From Psammoneis japonica (taxonomy: Eukaryota): a stretch of DNA of 64,000 bases. The notes under the pieces are model-generated. The model was not told where the DNA came from. It did not search any database and saw nothing but the letters and a program-made list of their open reading frames with translations. Each line of letters starts with the position of its first letter. Within the stretch, counting starts at the first letter, position 1. Below, one piece after another: positions 1-12,487 of this stretch. The position numbers and the translations under genes are program-made. The stretch spans positions 434,001 to 498,000 of the forward strand of contig QPGO01000017.1 in NCBI GenBank assembly GCA_008632985.1, in the 5' to 3' direction.

Positions 1-412
1 AGAAGCCTCCCCCGTGTGAGCCAAGTTAATCTGTTTGTTTGGTTGGATGTGACTTCTCTACAAATTGTCACTCATGCTGCTGTGAATTGTGCTTGCATCT
101 CAAACATCGTGTTCAAAGCCACTTGACATTCTCGTCATTTCATTCTGTGGTTCGATGGACCTGGTCATCCCGGTGAAGATGGCAGAAGATCTCGCCGTCC
201 TTCACCGATCTTTTGCATGAGCGTCCTGTTTTGGTTTTGCCGTGACAACGTCCAGTCGGAATGGGAGACACTGCATCGTTCGGCTCCAAGTCAGCGTTGC
301 TGCCTTGTTGGCCAAGGCCTCGGGCTTCTTAGATTTTGCAGTGGCGGAGGCTTCTGTTGAATCAAGAAAGGCAGATGATGTTCAGTGAATCACAGCCCAC
401 ATGTGGCATTCA

Positions 413-3400
413 TCAAATGCCGAATGCACCAGAAGGAACCCTTTCGTTCTTGCTAATCGTTGCTGCCTTTGCCTTCGAAATGCCATCGCAGAACTGGTCT
501 TCCGTGATTTGGCCAGTGGAGCATTCACGGGTCATTTGGTTTTTGAGAATCATTGAGCGGAGCGGCACGCAGAGACCCTTGAGCACCACAAAGTCAGACT
601 CTGGGGTGACATCTTCCATCAAGATTTGAAAACCCTGCTCTGTGGCAGCGCGACAAATCTGAAACAGGCACTTCAAGTCGTCACTGTCACCCACCTTGAA
701 TCCGTCCAAAGCCAAGCTTTTGAAGTGAGCGTGCTGCATCCCTTGCATGCATGAGAAATTTTAGATTGGGGCATGAACCAATGAAATGAACCGAAATGCG
801 ATGTCCACTGCCCGTGTCCTCCTTGCTGGGATCGCCAGTGCCATTCCGGATAAATGCAGGGTCGTTGGTGAAGCACTCACCTTCATCCGAGCATGCGCAC
901 TCTTCAAAAATGAGGGTGCACCTCGAGCCCATCAACGGGCTGAAAATTGCATCTTCAATTATGAGCGTCTTCGCGAAGATAAGGTCAGGAAAATCGTGGG
1001 ACTCAGCGCATCGTTTCCCACAGGTGCGCATTGCCTCTGGCGTGACAGCAGGAAGAGGCTTGTTCTTCTTCGTTGTGACAGTTAGCTCGGATGCTCCGGA
1101 GACGTGTGCGAGGCCCACCAATGCAGTGGACAGCATGTCTTTCATAGCATCAGTTCCTTCAATGCTGACGACTTGGAGAATGTGGCTTTGCCTGTTCCAA
1201 ATGTGATGTGGATGTCTTGCGACTGGGTCAATCCCAGGCCGGGGCCCCACACAGTTCCATGTCTTCTCCGGTGACGTAATCATCGGAACCGATTGACTCG
1301 TCATCACATGACTCTGTGTCACTGGAATCATTCTTTCTGTTGAATGGATTGTCGATGAAGAAGGCTGCCGGCTTGTAATCGCTTGCGAGGATGATCTTGG
1401 TGCTGATTCCGACGAGATCTTGACCGTCCGTTGGTGCGTTCAAGCTAGCTTCGATGAGGGAGGGAACTTGTTCGGCAATGTTGCACACAACGATTGCTCC
1501 GGGGCATTCAGAATCCATGTCGTGAGCATACTTCCAATCGTCGTCGCTGACACCGTTGATGCGCATCTGATGGAGTTCCTTGAGAAGGAGGGCATCCGAC
1601 ATCGGATATCTAGAAATGGGAGAAAAACAAAGAGCTTCAGTGAGTAAGATGCATGAGGCAACACAGAATCTTTAAAATGCTAAAAAACTTACTGTTCGAT
1701 ACGTCTCGAGCCTGCTCCTCCAGAGGCAGAAGGGGTTGTAGCCGCCGGCTTGTTATCGTAACTGCTTCCATTGTCTCTGTCGTGGACGGCATCCGACGTC
1801 GGATATCTGGATATGGTAGCAACACAAAGAGCTTCAGCGAGTAAGACGCATGATGCAACACAAAATCTTTAAAATAATAGACAACTTACTGTTCGATACA
1901 TCTCGAATCTGCTCCTCCAGAGGCAGAAGGAGTTGTAGCCGCCGGCTTGTTGCTTCCATTGTCTCTGTCGTAGAGGGCATCCGATGTCGGATATCTAGAA
2001 ATAGTAGAAAAACAAAGAGCTTCAGTGAGTAAGACGCATGAGGCAACGAAGAATCTGTAAAATGCTAGACAACTTACCATTCGATACGTGTCGAATCTGC
2101 TCCTCCAAGGCATAAGGAGTTGTAGCCGCCGGCTTGTTGCTTCCATTGTCTCCGTCGTGGACGGCATCCGACGTCGGATATCTAGAAATGGTAGAAAAAC
2201 AAAGAGCTTCAGTGAGTAAGACGCATGATGGAACACAGAAATTTTACAGTACTAAAAAGCTTACTGTTCCATACGTCTCAAACCTGCTCCTCCAGATGCA
2301 GAAGGGGTTGTAGCCGCCGGCTTGTTATCGTGACTGCTTCCATTGTCTCCGTCGTGGACGGCATCAGACGTCGGATATCTAGAAATGATAGCGAAACAAA
2401 GAGCTTCAGTGAGTAAGACGCATGAGGCAACACAGAATCGTTAAAATAATAGACAACTTACTGTTCGATACGTCTCGAATCTGCTCCTCCAGAGGCAGAA
2501 GGAGTTGTAGCTGCCGGCTTGTTGCTTCCATTGTCTCCGTCGCAGAGGGCATCCGACGTCGGATATCTAGAAATAGTACAAAAACAAAGAGCTTCAGTCA
2601 GTAAGACGCATGAGGTAATGCAGAATCTGGAAAATACAAGACAACTTACTCCTCCGTAAGATTGTCGCCATCGTAGTGGGCATCTGGCGTCGGATGTCTA
2701 GAAATAGCAAAAAACAAAGGAAATTCGCTGAAAGAAAACAGAATTTGTAGCATGTATATTATGTCAAGAAGACTCACTGTTCAATGCCGCTGTTTTGCAT
2801 CTCCCCCGCTCGATCGTAAGTGCGCTCGTCGCCAAAGTCGGGGAATAAGGTGCGGCTACCGGTAGGGGGCGATTCCGCATCATCTCTATATAAATAATCC
2901 AACAGAAAGACAAAGACATTATCAGTGCAACACTCTCGAGGTAAAAAGGAATTAGTGAAGAGCGAGAAGAATGTGCAGAATGCAAGACCACTTACGGTTC
3001 GGTTATACCGCTTTGTTGCAAGAGGTGAGTAACGATTTTACGACTCATGCTGCCTGCTTCCGTAAGGCTCCCCGCCACGGTCCTACTCACGGTCTCCCTC
3101 ACAGTCTCCTCATACTGGTTCTGCCTGGCAATCGCTCTGTCATACAGCGCCAATCGAAACTGCTGGTTTCTACTGAGCGATTGTGGGTAACCGCCCGCCG
3201 GAGTTTGCACTCCGACAGTCGACGGGAGAGGCGTTGCTTCGCGGCGGTTGAGAGATTGCGGCGTTCTGTTTTCCAACGGAGGTCTCGCGTGCGGAGTCGT
3301 CGTCGTGTGCGCCGATCTCGGATGACTCGTCGAAGCACGGCGAGGCGTTTGGTGTTGTTGGTTCATTGCTGCGGCTTCGGCTTCCTTTTTGGCTAGTCGG

Positions 3401-3534
3401 TGCTTCCGAACTCGTTCGTTGGTTGCGTCTTGCTTGCTCCGCTTCGCTGCTGCCGCTTCCTTCTTCTTTCCCAGAGACTTCTTTTGGTACGCTCTGTCCC
3501 TGGCTTTCCTTTCAGCCTCTTCGTCTGGTTCCAT
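413..3534 (-). pseudogene. Multi-exon gene of unknown function; 5' part largely intact, 3' part frameshifted and TpA-depleted
   Basis: Exon 1 (MEPDEEAERK...) ends at a GTAAGT donor near 2995. Phase-2 exons follow at about 2886-2779, 2697-2650, 2566-2462, 2378-2265, 2181-2078, 1994-1890 and 1806-1693. A long last exon starts at 1609 and continues through the shifted frames 1228-1602, 687-1331 and 413-748, the last two containing no Tyr. Confidence 0.6.
1590..2710. repeat. Tandem repeat, about 188-197 bp unit, about 5.5 copies; each unit is one exon plus one intron on the minus strand
   Basis: The motif GGCATCCGACGTCGGATATCTAGAAAT...AAAGAGCTTCAGTGAGTAAGACGCATGA...ACTTACTGTTCGATAC recurs at about 1590, 1788, 1976, 2163, 2360 and 2548, with a partial copy at about 2680. 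Confidence 0.95.
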
Positions 3535-3732
3535 GAGAAGAAGAAGCTAGCTTGCACCTCAACTGTGCTGTCGTTGGTTCGATGAATGAACTTTTCAGAG
3601 AGAAATAGCGCGTGCGGGTGCAGGTACCGGTACAAAATAACGTGGGGAGATACAGCAGGTCGTAGCTCTCCGTAGAAATCCTACGTAAAAACAATCCTCA
3701 GCGAACAGAATTCTCAAACAAATGTTTCAAGA

Positions 3733-3851
3733 GCGTTTCACGGGCGTTTCACGGGCGTTTCAAAACGAATTTTTTTCGTGTAATTTGTGCGTAGTTTGAC
3801 AAAAAAAAAATGTCAGACGGGTGTCAGACGGATGTCAGACGGATGTCAGAC
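3733..3851. repeat. Two short 11-bp tandem arrays (GCGTTTCACGG x~3; TGTCAGACGGR x~4)
   Basis: Read directly at 3733-3762 and 3811-3851. Confidence 0.85.
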
Positions 3852-4643
3852 CGGGTCAAAAATTTTAATTCAAACGCTGGGGAGAGATGTATAGTATTAC
3901 TTCTACGTGGAACCTACAGAGCGCATCAAAATCTAATGATTGATTCTCGACAATGGCGCTGGTGCCGTTGTCTCTAAGTCTGTACCATGGGCTTCATCCA
4001 GCTCCTGATGAAAATGGACTCACTCTTTGTTGCAGTGAGTAGAGAGCAGAGACTCCACTGCGGGATGTTTCGTGTTTTGTGATTCGATCTACCGTTGACC
4101 GTCGTCTTTCATGAAACACCACGTCGAACTCGTTAACTTTGCGGTGCGAAAAGAATCCTTCGCTTCTACCGGTATTAGGAAGAAGATTTCGTTTCCCAAA
4201 TGTGAAACTACCTTAGGAATGTTGCCGTGGTGTTGCTTTTGATGACGGTCGACAGAGAAGGAATCCACGCAGCTGCCGCCCCAGGCCAGAGATTCTGCCT
4301 TTCACAGTTCTGCGGAATAGAACATCTACGGGTACCTCCACAATGGGTAAAAGCAGAGAATTCACGACGACTACCTGTGAAGAACAACCGGTTGTCCCTC
4401 GCGCCTGCGCCCCCCGTCCACTACACACTGCAAGGTGCTGTTACAGTAATGGGCGGGACAAAACGATACGGTAACTTGGCGCAAAGCTGTAATGCCAAGT
4501 GGGTGTGACGAGAAAAGATTGATGGTGAAGTTACCTGTACAGGCTTACACTGGCTTGAATAATGCGCCAGATCATCTGCAGCGGAATGTTTCTTTCTCAA
4601 CAAGCCCAGTAAGCATAGTGTTGCTTTCTTCAAATGAAGCGAG

Positions 4644-5108
4644 TTGGGAATCAGCAAGAAACAAGACTCGTGGAAAACAATAGGAACAGCCATGCTCACG
4701 AATCAAGTCGAAGTGAGCAAGAGTCAAGCCGAAGCGGCCAAGGCTCAAACCAGCACGGCCAAAAGCTTGGAAACGTCGGCGGGGAGCGTGGACAAAATGA
4801 CTACTGTGCTCGTATCCGCGAATGATGATCGCAGGAACGCGGAAGCCGATGCAGCTGCTTGGAAAGCTGACGCGATTGCTGCGAAAGAGGCAGAGAAAAA
4901 AGCCTTGGCAACGGCTTTGAAAGATCAAAAGGCTCGTGAGGTGTCGGAAGCGAACCATGCGGAATCAGAAGCCAAGGCTGCGGCCGAAAAGGAGGAGAAG
5001 GACCGCGTGATGAAGCATCTTGTTGACGATGATGAAACGGAGCTTTTCTTTGATGCTTCGAAGTATGAGTCGTATGTTGTTGACAAGGGTTCAAATACGA
5101 CTTCTTAA
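4644..5108 (+). CDS. Hypothetical Ala/Lys/Glu-rich coiled-coil protein, probably a last exon
   Basis: 154-aa ORF with protein-like helical composition. No family recognised; start uncertain. Confidence 0.4.
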   Translation: MGISKKQDSWKTIGTAMLTNQVEVSKSQAEAAKAQTSTAKSLETSAGSVDKMTTVLVSANDDRRNAEADAAAWKADAIAAKEAEKKALATALKDQKAREVSEANHAESEAKAAAEKEEKDRVMKHLVDDDETELFFDASKYESYVVDKGSNTTS

Positions 5109-5259
5109 CCAAGCAATGTTGGAGAAGATAAAAAGGAACTATGGGGGTAATTAGTAGCACAGCGTGACAAAACTCTAGAGCCTGTATGATAGTTTTCTCT
5201 CCATGCCATAGGTCGAAATGTTTAGTGGAAGTGCCTTGCCAGAGGTCTTACAAAAAGAA

Positions 5260-5480
5260 AACTCTCTAGAGTAGAAGCCGTGGGAAAAGTAGGCCTACGT
5301 CCTACGTAGCTCTACTCTCTCTCTCTCTACTCTAGAGACTCTAGCTAGAGAGAGTAGAGCTAGCTGGTAGTAGAGCATAGCATTGTTCTCAGGGACATCA
5401 AAAATTAGTCCTCTTTTGTAGAACAGAGGGACTCTAGTAGCTATCTACTACATAGAAGTAGCTAGCTTTATGTAACTCTA
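5260..5480. repeat. CTAG/TAGAG/CT-rich low-complexity tract
   Basis: Repeated CTCTAGAG, TAGCT and (CT)n units. Confidence 0.7.
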
Positions 5481-5829
5481 ATTAAGAGAGTATTTACAAC
5501 ATCATTATCTGACCTCGCTTTTTCACAATACCATAGACCCAAGTCTGGAAGCGATGATGCCAAATGGCGGATATTGCAACCGCAATCACTTTGCAGCACT
5601 AAGAAACTGTATCAGCATCACAGATGCCAGTCACCAGCGACTAGCAAAAGAGCGCTAATAGACTGAATCGAGCTTTCAGTGCAGTATGAAAAGGTGATTT
5701 ATTCGTATTACAGTTGCATGCGGGAATCTTCATCCGCACGCTTTTGAAACGTCCTCACAGAGAGCACAGTTGAATTGGAAGCACCTCGTGACGCAAAATT
5801 TGCCCGCACCGTGGACACGTTTTGCGAAT

Positions 5830-6924
5830 TTACAATCCATTGGCAATCTTGACACTCGTTTCATCGCGATTCCACAACTTCTTCACGAGAGGCGTAAAAA
5901 GTTCATAGGACCATTTCAAATTGAGGAGGCAGAAGAAGAGGTGCAGGGGTATAAAACCCATGGCAATATGTAGCGAATTTCCAGGCACCGCAAGGTAGTC
6001 TCTCGCCTCGCCAAGAATCACTACAAAAACGATCGGAAAGACAATGCAGCGAACAATAATCCACGAAACGTAAAAGGACATCGAAACCAGACTTGTCACG
6101 ACCTTTGGTGTAGCTTTCTCTCTCTTGTATAGGACTCGACGTGCAATGAGAAACCACGTGTTGATTTCAACTGACAAGATGACACCCATGATCCATTGAA
6201 ATTGTGGCCAAAACACCGGGGCCCACAAATAGACCATGGCACAAATGTGATGCTGAAAAAGCGCAACAGAAACAAGTGGTGAGAAGAGGAATCCAACTTT
6301 CTCTTTCCCGATCTATTCATCAGTACAGATAAACATATCAACTCTCACCTTGATAATCACCCCCGGGCTCTTGACACAGCTCGGTACTCTTGACACCCAA
6401 AGCAAGTCGAAAAAGAAGTATGAAATAGTAGCCTTTTGTTTTGACGAAAACGCAACAATAAAAAAGAGATTGAGAATCTAGACTCTGCAGCACACACAGA
6501 CTCGTCGACAATTCTTCAAATGCACTCACTATCCACATAAACATAAAGTATTCACCAGACCACGATTCTGCTGCTCCGTGTCCTTTTAGTATTTTGCTGT
6601 AATCCCAATTAACGAACATTAGAGAAACCATCGGAAACTGCTCAATCGGAAGGAGAGACAACGGGGAGTTGTTAGGTTACTGTACGCCAGAAACAAGCAG
6701 AGAAATCGATGTACGCAACAGCTCCTCTCATAGGTTATTCGTATGCCACTTACCAGTGCGACAAGGTTGAATACGTCGTGACGGTCTCTCGCCTTCTCAG
6801 AATACACGATCGCATTGTCTCCCTCCTGGATCGCGCTCTTTGACTCATTCTTAGAATCGGTCGCTTCGTCCAAACTAGGACTGGACCTTACTGTGTCGGC
6901 CGACAAGCGCGGTCTGGGAGCCAT
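5830..6924 (-). CDS. TLC (TRAM/LAG1/CLN8) domain membrane protein, multi-exon
   Basis: ATG at 6924 and GTAAGT donor at 6753. Hydrophobic exons with an HH motif and SVEINTWFLIARR, matching the TLC E-x-N/S-T-x-F-L pattern. Confidence 0.7.
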
Positions 6925-7991
6925 ATTGATGCCTTGATTGCTTTATGCAAGATTCTTTTGTCGATTGAAACCGGGATTGTGGGTGGCGTTCTTGAGATCA
7001 AGGCGCCTTGCTTACAAACTGTTTCACGCGACTCCAAACACCGAGACGGAGACAAGTTCAGTAAAGCTGTTCTCGTTGGCGATAGGAAGAGACGCAAGAA
7101 GTAAGTAGGTAGGTGTTAAAGCGCTGCGAAATTCGAAAACCGACTCCAATGGAAAACAAAGGCACATAAAACACCGCTTCTTAACAGTAATAACTGCATT
7201 GCTGTTGGATGATTCAAGTCCGCGTCAGCACAGTGTCCGGTGAGCAACACGACCCGTTGGCGCGCGGCAATTATGAATCTGATGATTCTCGTTTTCTTTT
7301 CCATGCGTTCGCGCGCGGTGCACGATACAGTCGCTTGTACCATGTTCGTCGTATGTAAAATATATACGATATTTCTACTTACACAATTTCCAGTACAAAC
7401 AGTATCTATTGAAATTTGGAATCAATTTTTCTCCCTCCGACATCATTCCTACTCCGATCTTTGATCCTCAACGGCCTATCTTCGTGTAATACGAGTACTC
7501 TTAAAACCTGCTAACGAGGCTGGTATTTCACTGATATACTCTCTTGCAACTCGTTATGTTAATCCTAACAGCAGTGCGAGGCACGGTCTGTGAAACGGGG
7601 AGCTCACAACTTGGTCCGCTGTTTTTCTTTTTGGGGCATGCCCCCCTTGTGCTGAGGATTTATTGGGTGATGCTGATGACATCCGTGGACCTTATTTTCC
7701 GTACACTAAATGTGAATCGTTTGAGAATAGCCAAACCTTCAGTCTGACCTCGTAAGCAAAAGTGGATGGACAACAAAAGAGGACGCACGGCCGTAGACGA
7801 CTTCACCACACCATTCTTTCACAGTTAGTGCATTCTAGCAAAGAAAATAATATTTGTTTTGTCGTCTGTTGCATCCTCTAAGGTAGCTTGTTGTCTCGTT
7901 CTCTCTCGCTCGTCTCTTTTTTCACAATTGTGACCCCTGGGGTGCGCTATTTGCGAATTCGTCAATTGAGGAACAAAGACGCAGAAGATAC

Positions 7992-8942
7992 TCATTCCGT
8001 TCTATCGAAATCGCAAAAGTGCTGCTGCAGATGAGATTTTGTCATTATCGTTCCCAATGGAGATTTCTCAATTAATGTCGGTTCTCCATGATCTACGACA
8101 GGCTCCTTCATGACTACGTAGTCCATGAGATTGGATGTCTTTCCAGTACAGGTTTGAATGCAGCCATAGGTTGGAGGTGGCGAATTCCACGTCTTTTCCA
8201 GCTCATTGTACATGTGCATTCGGTCACTACAAAAGTTTGCAAGATATGACTCTGCGTCCACGACTCTGTGGCGATATGAATAGGCACACGAACAAGCCGA
8301 ACAAGCATAAAAAAAGTACCGTAAGCTACCATATGAAAGTGACACTTTAGCAAATAATACAGGGAAACAAACATACCGAAAGAGTGGAGCATAAGGTTCT
8401 TGATCCCCAGAGTAAACCAACGGAAAGACTTGCTGAAGGTATTCCTCAATCGGACATGGGAACGGCAAATGGCTATCCATATCTAGTACAACTGTTCTCC
8501 GACATCTACGTCTTGAGTTCGATGTAAACTCAGTATTTGTTGGTAAGCCTGTGTTTGTTATGGTGGATATGTTGTTGTTGTAGTCGTCGTCACCATCATC
8601 ATCCGACGAACGATAAGTTGTCCACAACAAAATTACATGATAATCCCAAAAGCACGGTTCATGGGGGCTCGCAGCAGCCAACTGATGAAACATTGGAACA
8701 CATTGCATCTCGTTCGAAATAAACACCACATGATAAATACCACCAGGCGAATGAACTTGTAAACGTCGGTAGGCTAACCTCCAAACATTCTCTTCACAAT
8801 AACACTTGACTCTCAAGGATCGTTCCGATGATGCCTCCAACGCAGACGATTGAGCCTCAGTGAGAGGTTTCGAACTGTCGCTTTCACAATCATTCCCCGC
8901 CTTCTGAAATTCAAATAACTTAGACATATCAACTGAGATCAT
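7992..8942 (-). CDS. NTAQ1: Protein N-terminal glutamine amidohydrolase
   Basis: CYCEENVW, WDYHVILL and DMDSHLPFP carry the Cys-His-Asp triad; FCSDRMHM. Probable in-frame intron at about 8270-8376. Confidence 0.9.
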   Translation of the reverse strand: MISVDMSKLFEFQKAGNDCESDSSKPLTEAQSSALEASSERSLRVKCYCEENVWRLAYRRLQVHSPGGIYHVVFISNEMQCVPMFHQLAAASPHEPCFWDYHVILLWTTYRSSDDDGDDDYNNNISTITNTGLPTNTEFTSNSRRRCRRTVVLDMDSHLPFPCPIEEYLQQVFPLVYSGDQEPYAPLFRYVCFPVLFAKVSLSYGSLRYFFYACSACSCAYSYRHRVVDAESYLANFCSDRMHMYNELEKTWNSPPPTYGCIQTCTGKTSNLMDYVVMKEPVVDHGEPTLIEKSPLGTIMTKSHLQQHFCDFDRTE

Positions 8943-9412
8943 GTACACTCAGACGGGTTTTCCTGGAGAGGAGGGACAACTTTAGCGGCAGTACATGGTA
9001 CATCCAATTTCTCAGTTTGACCAGTGTAGGTTATGTTTTCTTTCAAGTGCTGTCGAAACTCGAAAAGTAATTGAATGAATCGATACGTCACATATATATA
9101 TATGTAAATATTTTATTATATGCCTTTTAAAATAAATGTACTTGTATATACTACAGCTCTTAACTTTATGATTACTTTGGGATACACTCGTTCACGAATG
9201 TTTCTGAATATAGACATAAATTGCGGGAAATTTTCAACCGTTGGAGTGCGTAGAAAACATACTGACAGTACGAACAATGTATGAACACGTCGTGCCGAAC
9301 ATTTTGGAGGGGAGCAGCAGTGCGCAACACACTTTTCTCGAGTTGAAACGAACACAACAGCATTCTCCGATCTCCCCCGGAGACAAACCAAACGAGGGGA
9401 GAGGGGACAAAT

Positions 9413-12178
9413 ATGTCATTCACCATGGTATCAGGTGATTCAATACACATTCGCGTATTGGTAGCAAGCACGGGGGTTTGCTACAACATCTCACTGCATC
9501 CGACGGAGCTCACGTAAGTCGGAGTCTTTGTTAGCGTTCTCAGCGGGTTATTCCGGGTTTCTTCATTCGTGTCGACCCCGTCAGTGCACGTTTGGGTGAT
9601 CTTTCATCGATTGGACGAAAGATATCTGTGTATAGGGTGGGCCCAGAGGAATGCTTTGTTGTATGAAGGAGTCCGGTGTGAAACTTGAGAATTCCTTCGA
9701 TGAATTCTTACCGAATTTTGATGGTACCTCTCACGGTATGTTTGATGTATTTTCTTCCTCTGCAGGGTTGCGAATATCCGCCGTCATTTGGCCGCGGCAG
9801 TTCCGCCAGGAGACCAGATTCTGCTTCTCGGTCCACCATATAAAGTACCTAAGGACTCGACATTGCAATCTGAAGAAGTGTTGACTTCGCTTCGTCTGGG
9901 TGATCAGGAGGACAACCCGGTTCTGGAGGAAGGGGATGGCAGCACACAGAAGAATATTCTCTCCGCAACAGAACGGACTGGCGCACGGCGTCTCTTTTTG
10001 TTTTCAAAACAAGCTCTTTCAGAATCAGCTCCGGATCCGCCGCCGTGTCAGCTAGAACCTATGACTTTGCAATTACCTACCGAGCCAGGACCAAGTCCGC
10101 TTACACTGCGCGGGGAACAGGGCGGTTCACCCTCACAATCCACTCCCCCGGTTTTGTCGCCTTTGCACCAAGCTTTAGAAGTGTACGAACGGCGATTCAT
10201 GTTAAACTTATGCCGTGGACGAGCGCTTGCGGACGGAGCGGACATGCGCCTGAATGCGTGTCGAACTTGCGTTTCGGAACAGGCTGTCATGGCGCGAGCC
10301 CTTAGAGCGGCCGTATCGAACCTATCAGATCATTTCAATGGCGCCGCTCGTACACGTACTGAATTCACAACATCCTTTCAAGTCAAAACTGCATCTCATG
10401 CCGCCCTTTTGCAGAAGTTTGAATCTATTCTTCAATCTCTGGCTGGCATTCCTCTTCATCCTGCACTTGTGTCGGTCGCTCGAGCCTCGGGTCGAGTAAT
10501 GGAGACACTGTTGGACACGGTCCCCGTGGAACGCGAGAGAACATGGGCAAATCAATGTAACACATCCCATCAGCGATTGATGACTCTGTTTAGTGAACTG
10601 GATACAGCGTTTAGCCAATTGGGAACAACAGCATCTCGAGAAGAGGAGGCGCGGCTGGATTTGCAAGCTGAAGATGAAATAAAGAAGTTGTGGACGGAGG
10701 TGGATGGAACGGCAAAGACAATTCGTGATAAGCAAGCGGAACGCTTGGAGAAACTGACGGCGGATCACGGGGAGGTAGTGAAGGTCGTGATGAATGCGAT
10801 ATCAGAGGAAGGGGGCAACGCGCAAGATGCATTTACGACGCTTGAGGAAATGTCCAAAGCGTCTGTCAATATTATACCGTCGATGGAGGCTGATGATTTA
10901 ATACTTATGCAATTAATGCAAAAGGTTTCAGACGCCAAAACGCAGGCAATGAAACGCATGAAGAATCGACTCCGAGAAGTTAGCGTATCGCAGTCCGCCA
11001 TTCAACGCGTATTATCGAGTTTGGCCGTCGTGCGAGAAGCCCTCTCACAGCAAAGCGAGAATATGATCCATTTGGAGCACGTTGCGGAGCTTTCTGGCTC
11101 TTATAACGATTTTTTATCTGAACTTCGACGGAGAAGAGCCTACGGTGCTGCAGTTACTTCGTCTTCGGCGGCAATGATGGAGCGGCTAGCTTCGATGAGA
11201 AACGACGAAGTCAAGGCCCGGGAGAAGTTTCTTCGTGGGTCGGGACGTCATTTGATGCCTCCCTTCTTTGAAATTTTTGCTCCCACTTTGGCGACACCTC
11301 CTCCTTTGTTTACGCCGCAATTACCTGCAATGGTTGAGCTGGATACATTGCCGGATGTCGGCCCTGTTAGCGGGGCTACAACGACGGGACCATCTGCGGA
11401 CGCTGCGATGCAGGGTACGGATGCAGCCGGTGGCATAAGCACAGCTTCTTCTCTTACTACTGAAAGCCAGCCCCCACAAGCAATCGAGCCCGTGTCCATG
11501 ATGTCAACAACTGCCGCGAGCAGCACAACTCGCATGGAAGGCACTACTGCGACTGAGAAGCAACCGCAGGAGCAGCTGATTGTGAGTGCAGATGAACACA
11601 GCGCCACGGACGATCTTATCATGGGGCCTTCTGCTCAAGAGGATGCGGCAGCGGACGCCGAACGCAAGACTTTGGCATACGAGAACGCGGTTCTTCGTCA
11701 GGCTTTGGAGCGCATGGGCGGAAAGTCTCCTAGAACTTATATTGATGAGGCACGTGAAAATGATCCTAAAATTCAAGTCGAGCATGCTGCTGCATTAGAG
11801 TTGGCGGCACTGCGTAAGGAGCTGGAAACAACTAAGTCTGAGGCTCGCGCAGCCAAAGATTCCTTACTTGCGGCGAAGAAGAAGAGCGACAAGATCAGCC
11901 ACTCAAGTTTTGAAGTCGGAGATGTTGGTTTGTTCATGCCGACAGGACGTGGCTCTGGTGGCAAACGTACGTATTTAGCATTTCACACAAATTGTCCTCA
12001 TCGGTATCTGTCCACGGATAGTATCAAGGGCACTCCTGATTACGTTGTAGGCAGAATTGTGTACCAAGAGGAACTCATTGCCGGAGAGAGTGGAACCGAC
12101 GCGAACCCTTATGGACTTCATGTTGGAACGAAGTTCTGGGTACTGACCGTTGAACAGTTGGTCGTAAACAACCCATAA
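9413..12178 (+). CDS. ATG11: Autophagy-related protein 11 (RB1CC1/FIP200-like)
   Basis: Exon 1 at 9413-9513, GTAAGT...TGCAG intron, exon 2 at 9766-12178 in frame. Long helical scaffold (ELRRRRAY) and C-terminal Atg11 domain (ISHSSFEVGDVGLFMP, YLAFHTNCPHRYLS, YVVGRIVY). Confidence 0.85.
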
Positions 12179-12487
12179 ATTTAGCTTAACACTTCTCTTT
12201 CTAAATCATTCTAGGCTGTCGTAAAGATCCAGTTTCCTTTGAAGCTTGGATCTATGATAAAGCAGATGGCAAACGGCGGGAACGTCGACGAAAAATAGGA
12301 CTTTATTTTCATCAAATCTAATGAGTTTATGTCTCGTTTTTGATTATCAGCCGGAACGAAACGCAGTCCGAACAATTTCTCTGATAATGAGCAAAAATAT
12401 CACCCAGACAAAATGCGCCGCACTTCGTTAATGTCGTTGCCAGCAACAACGTTCGTAATCTCCCCAACCAGCGCTGGCTTAATATCA

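Noticed and set aside
1590..2710. CRISPR array, suggested by a palindromic repeated motif
   Set aside because: The whole ~190-bp unit repeats with no unique spacers, no cas genes are present, and the context is eukaryotic.
9788..12178. Antisense and alternate-frame ORFs over ATG11 and the other long genes
   Set aside because: Shadows of real coding sequence with no recognisable motifs.
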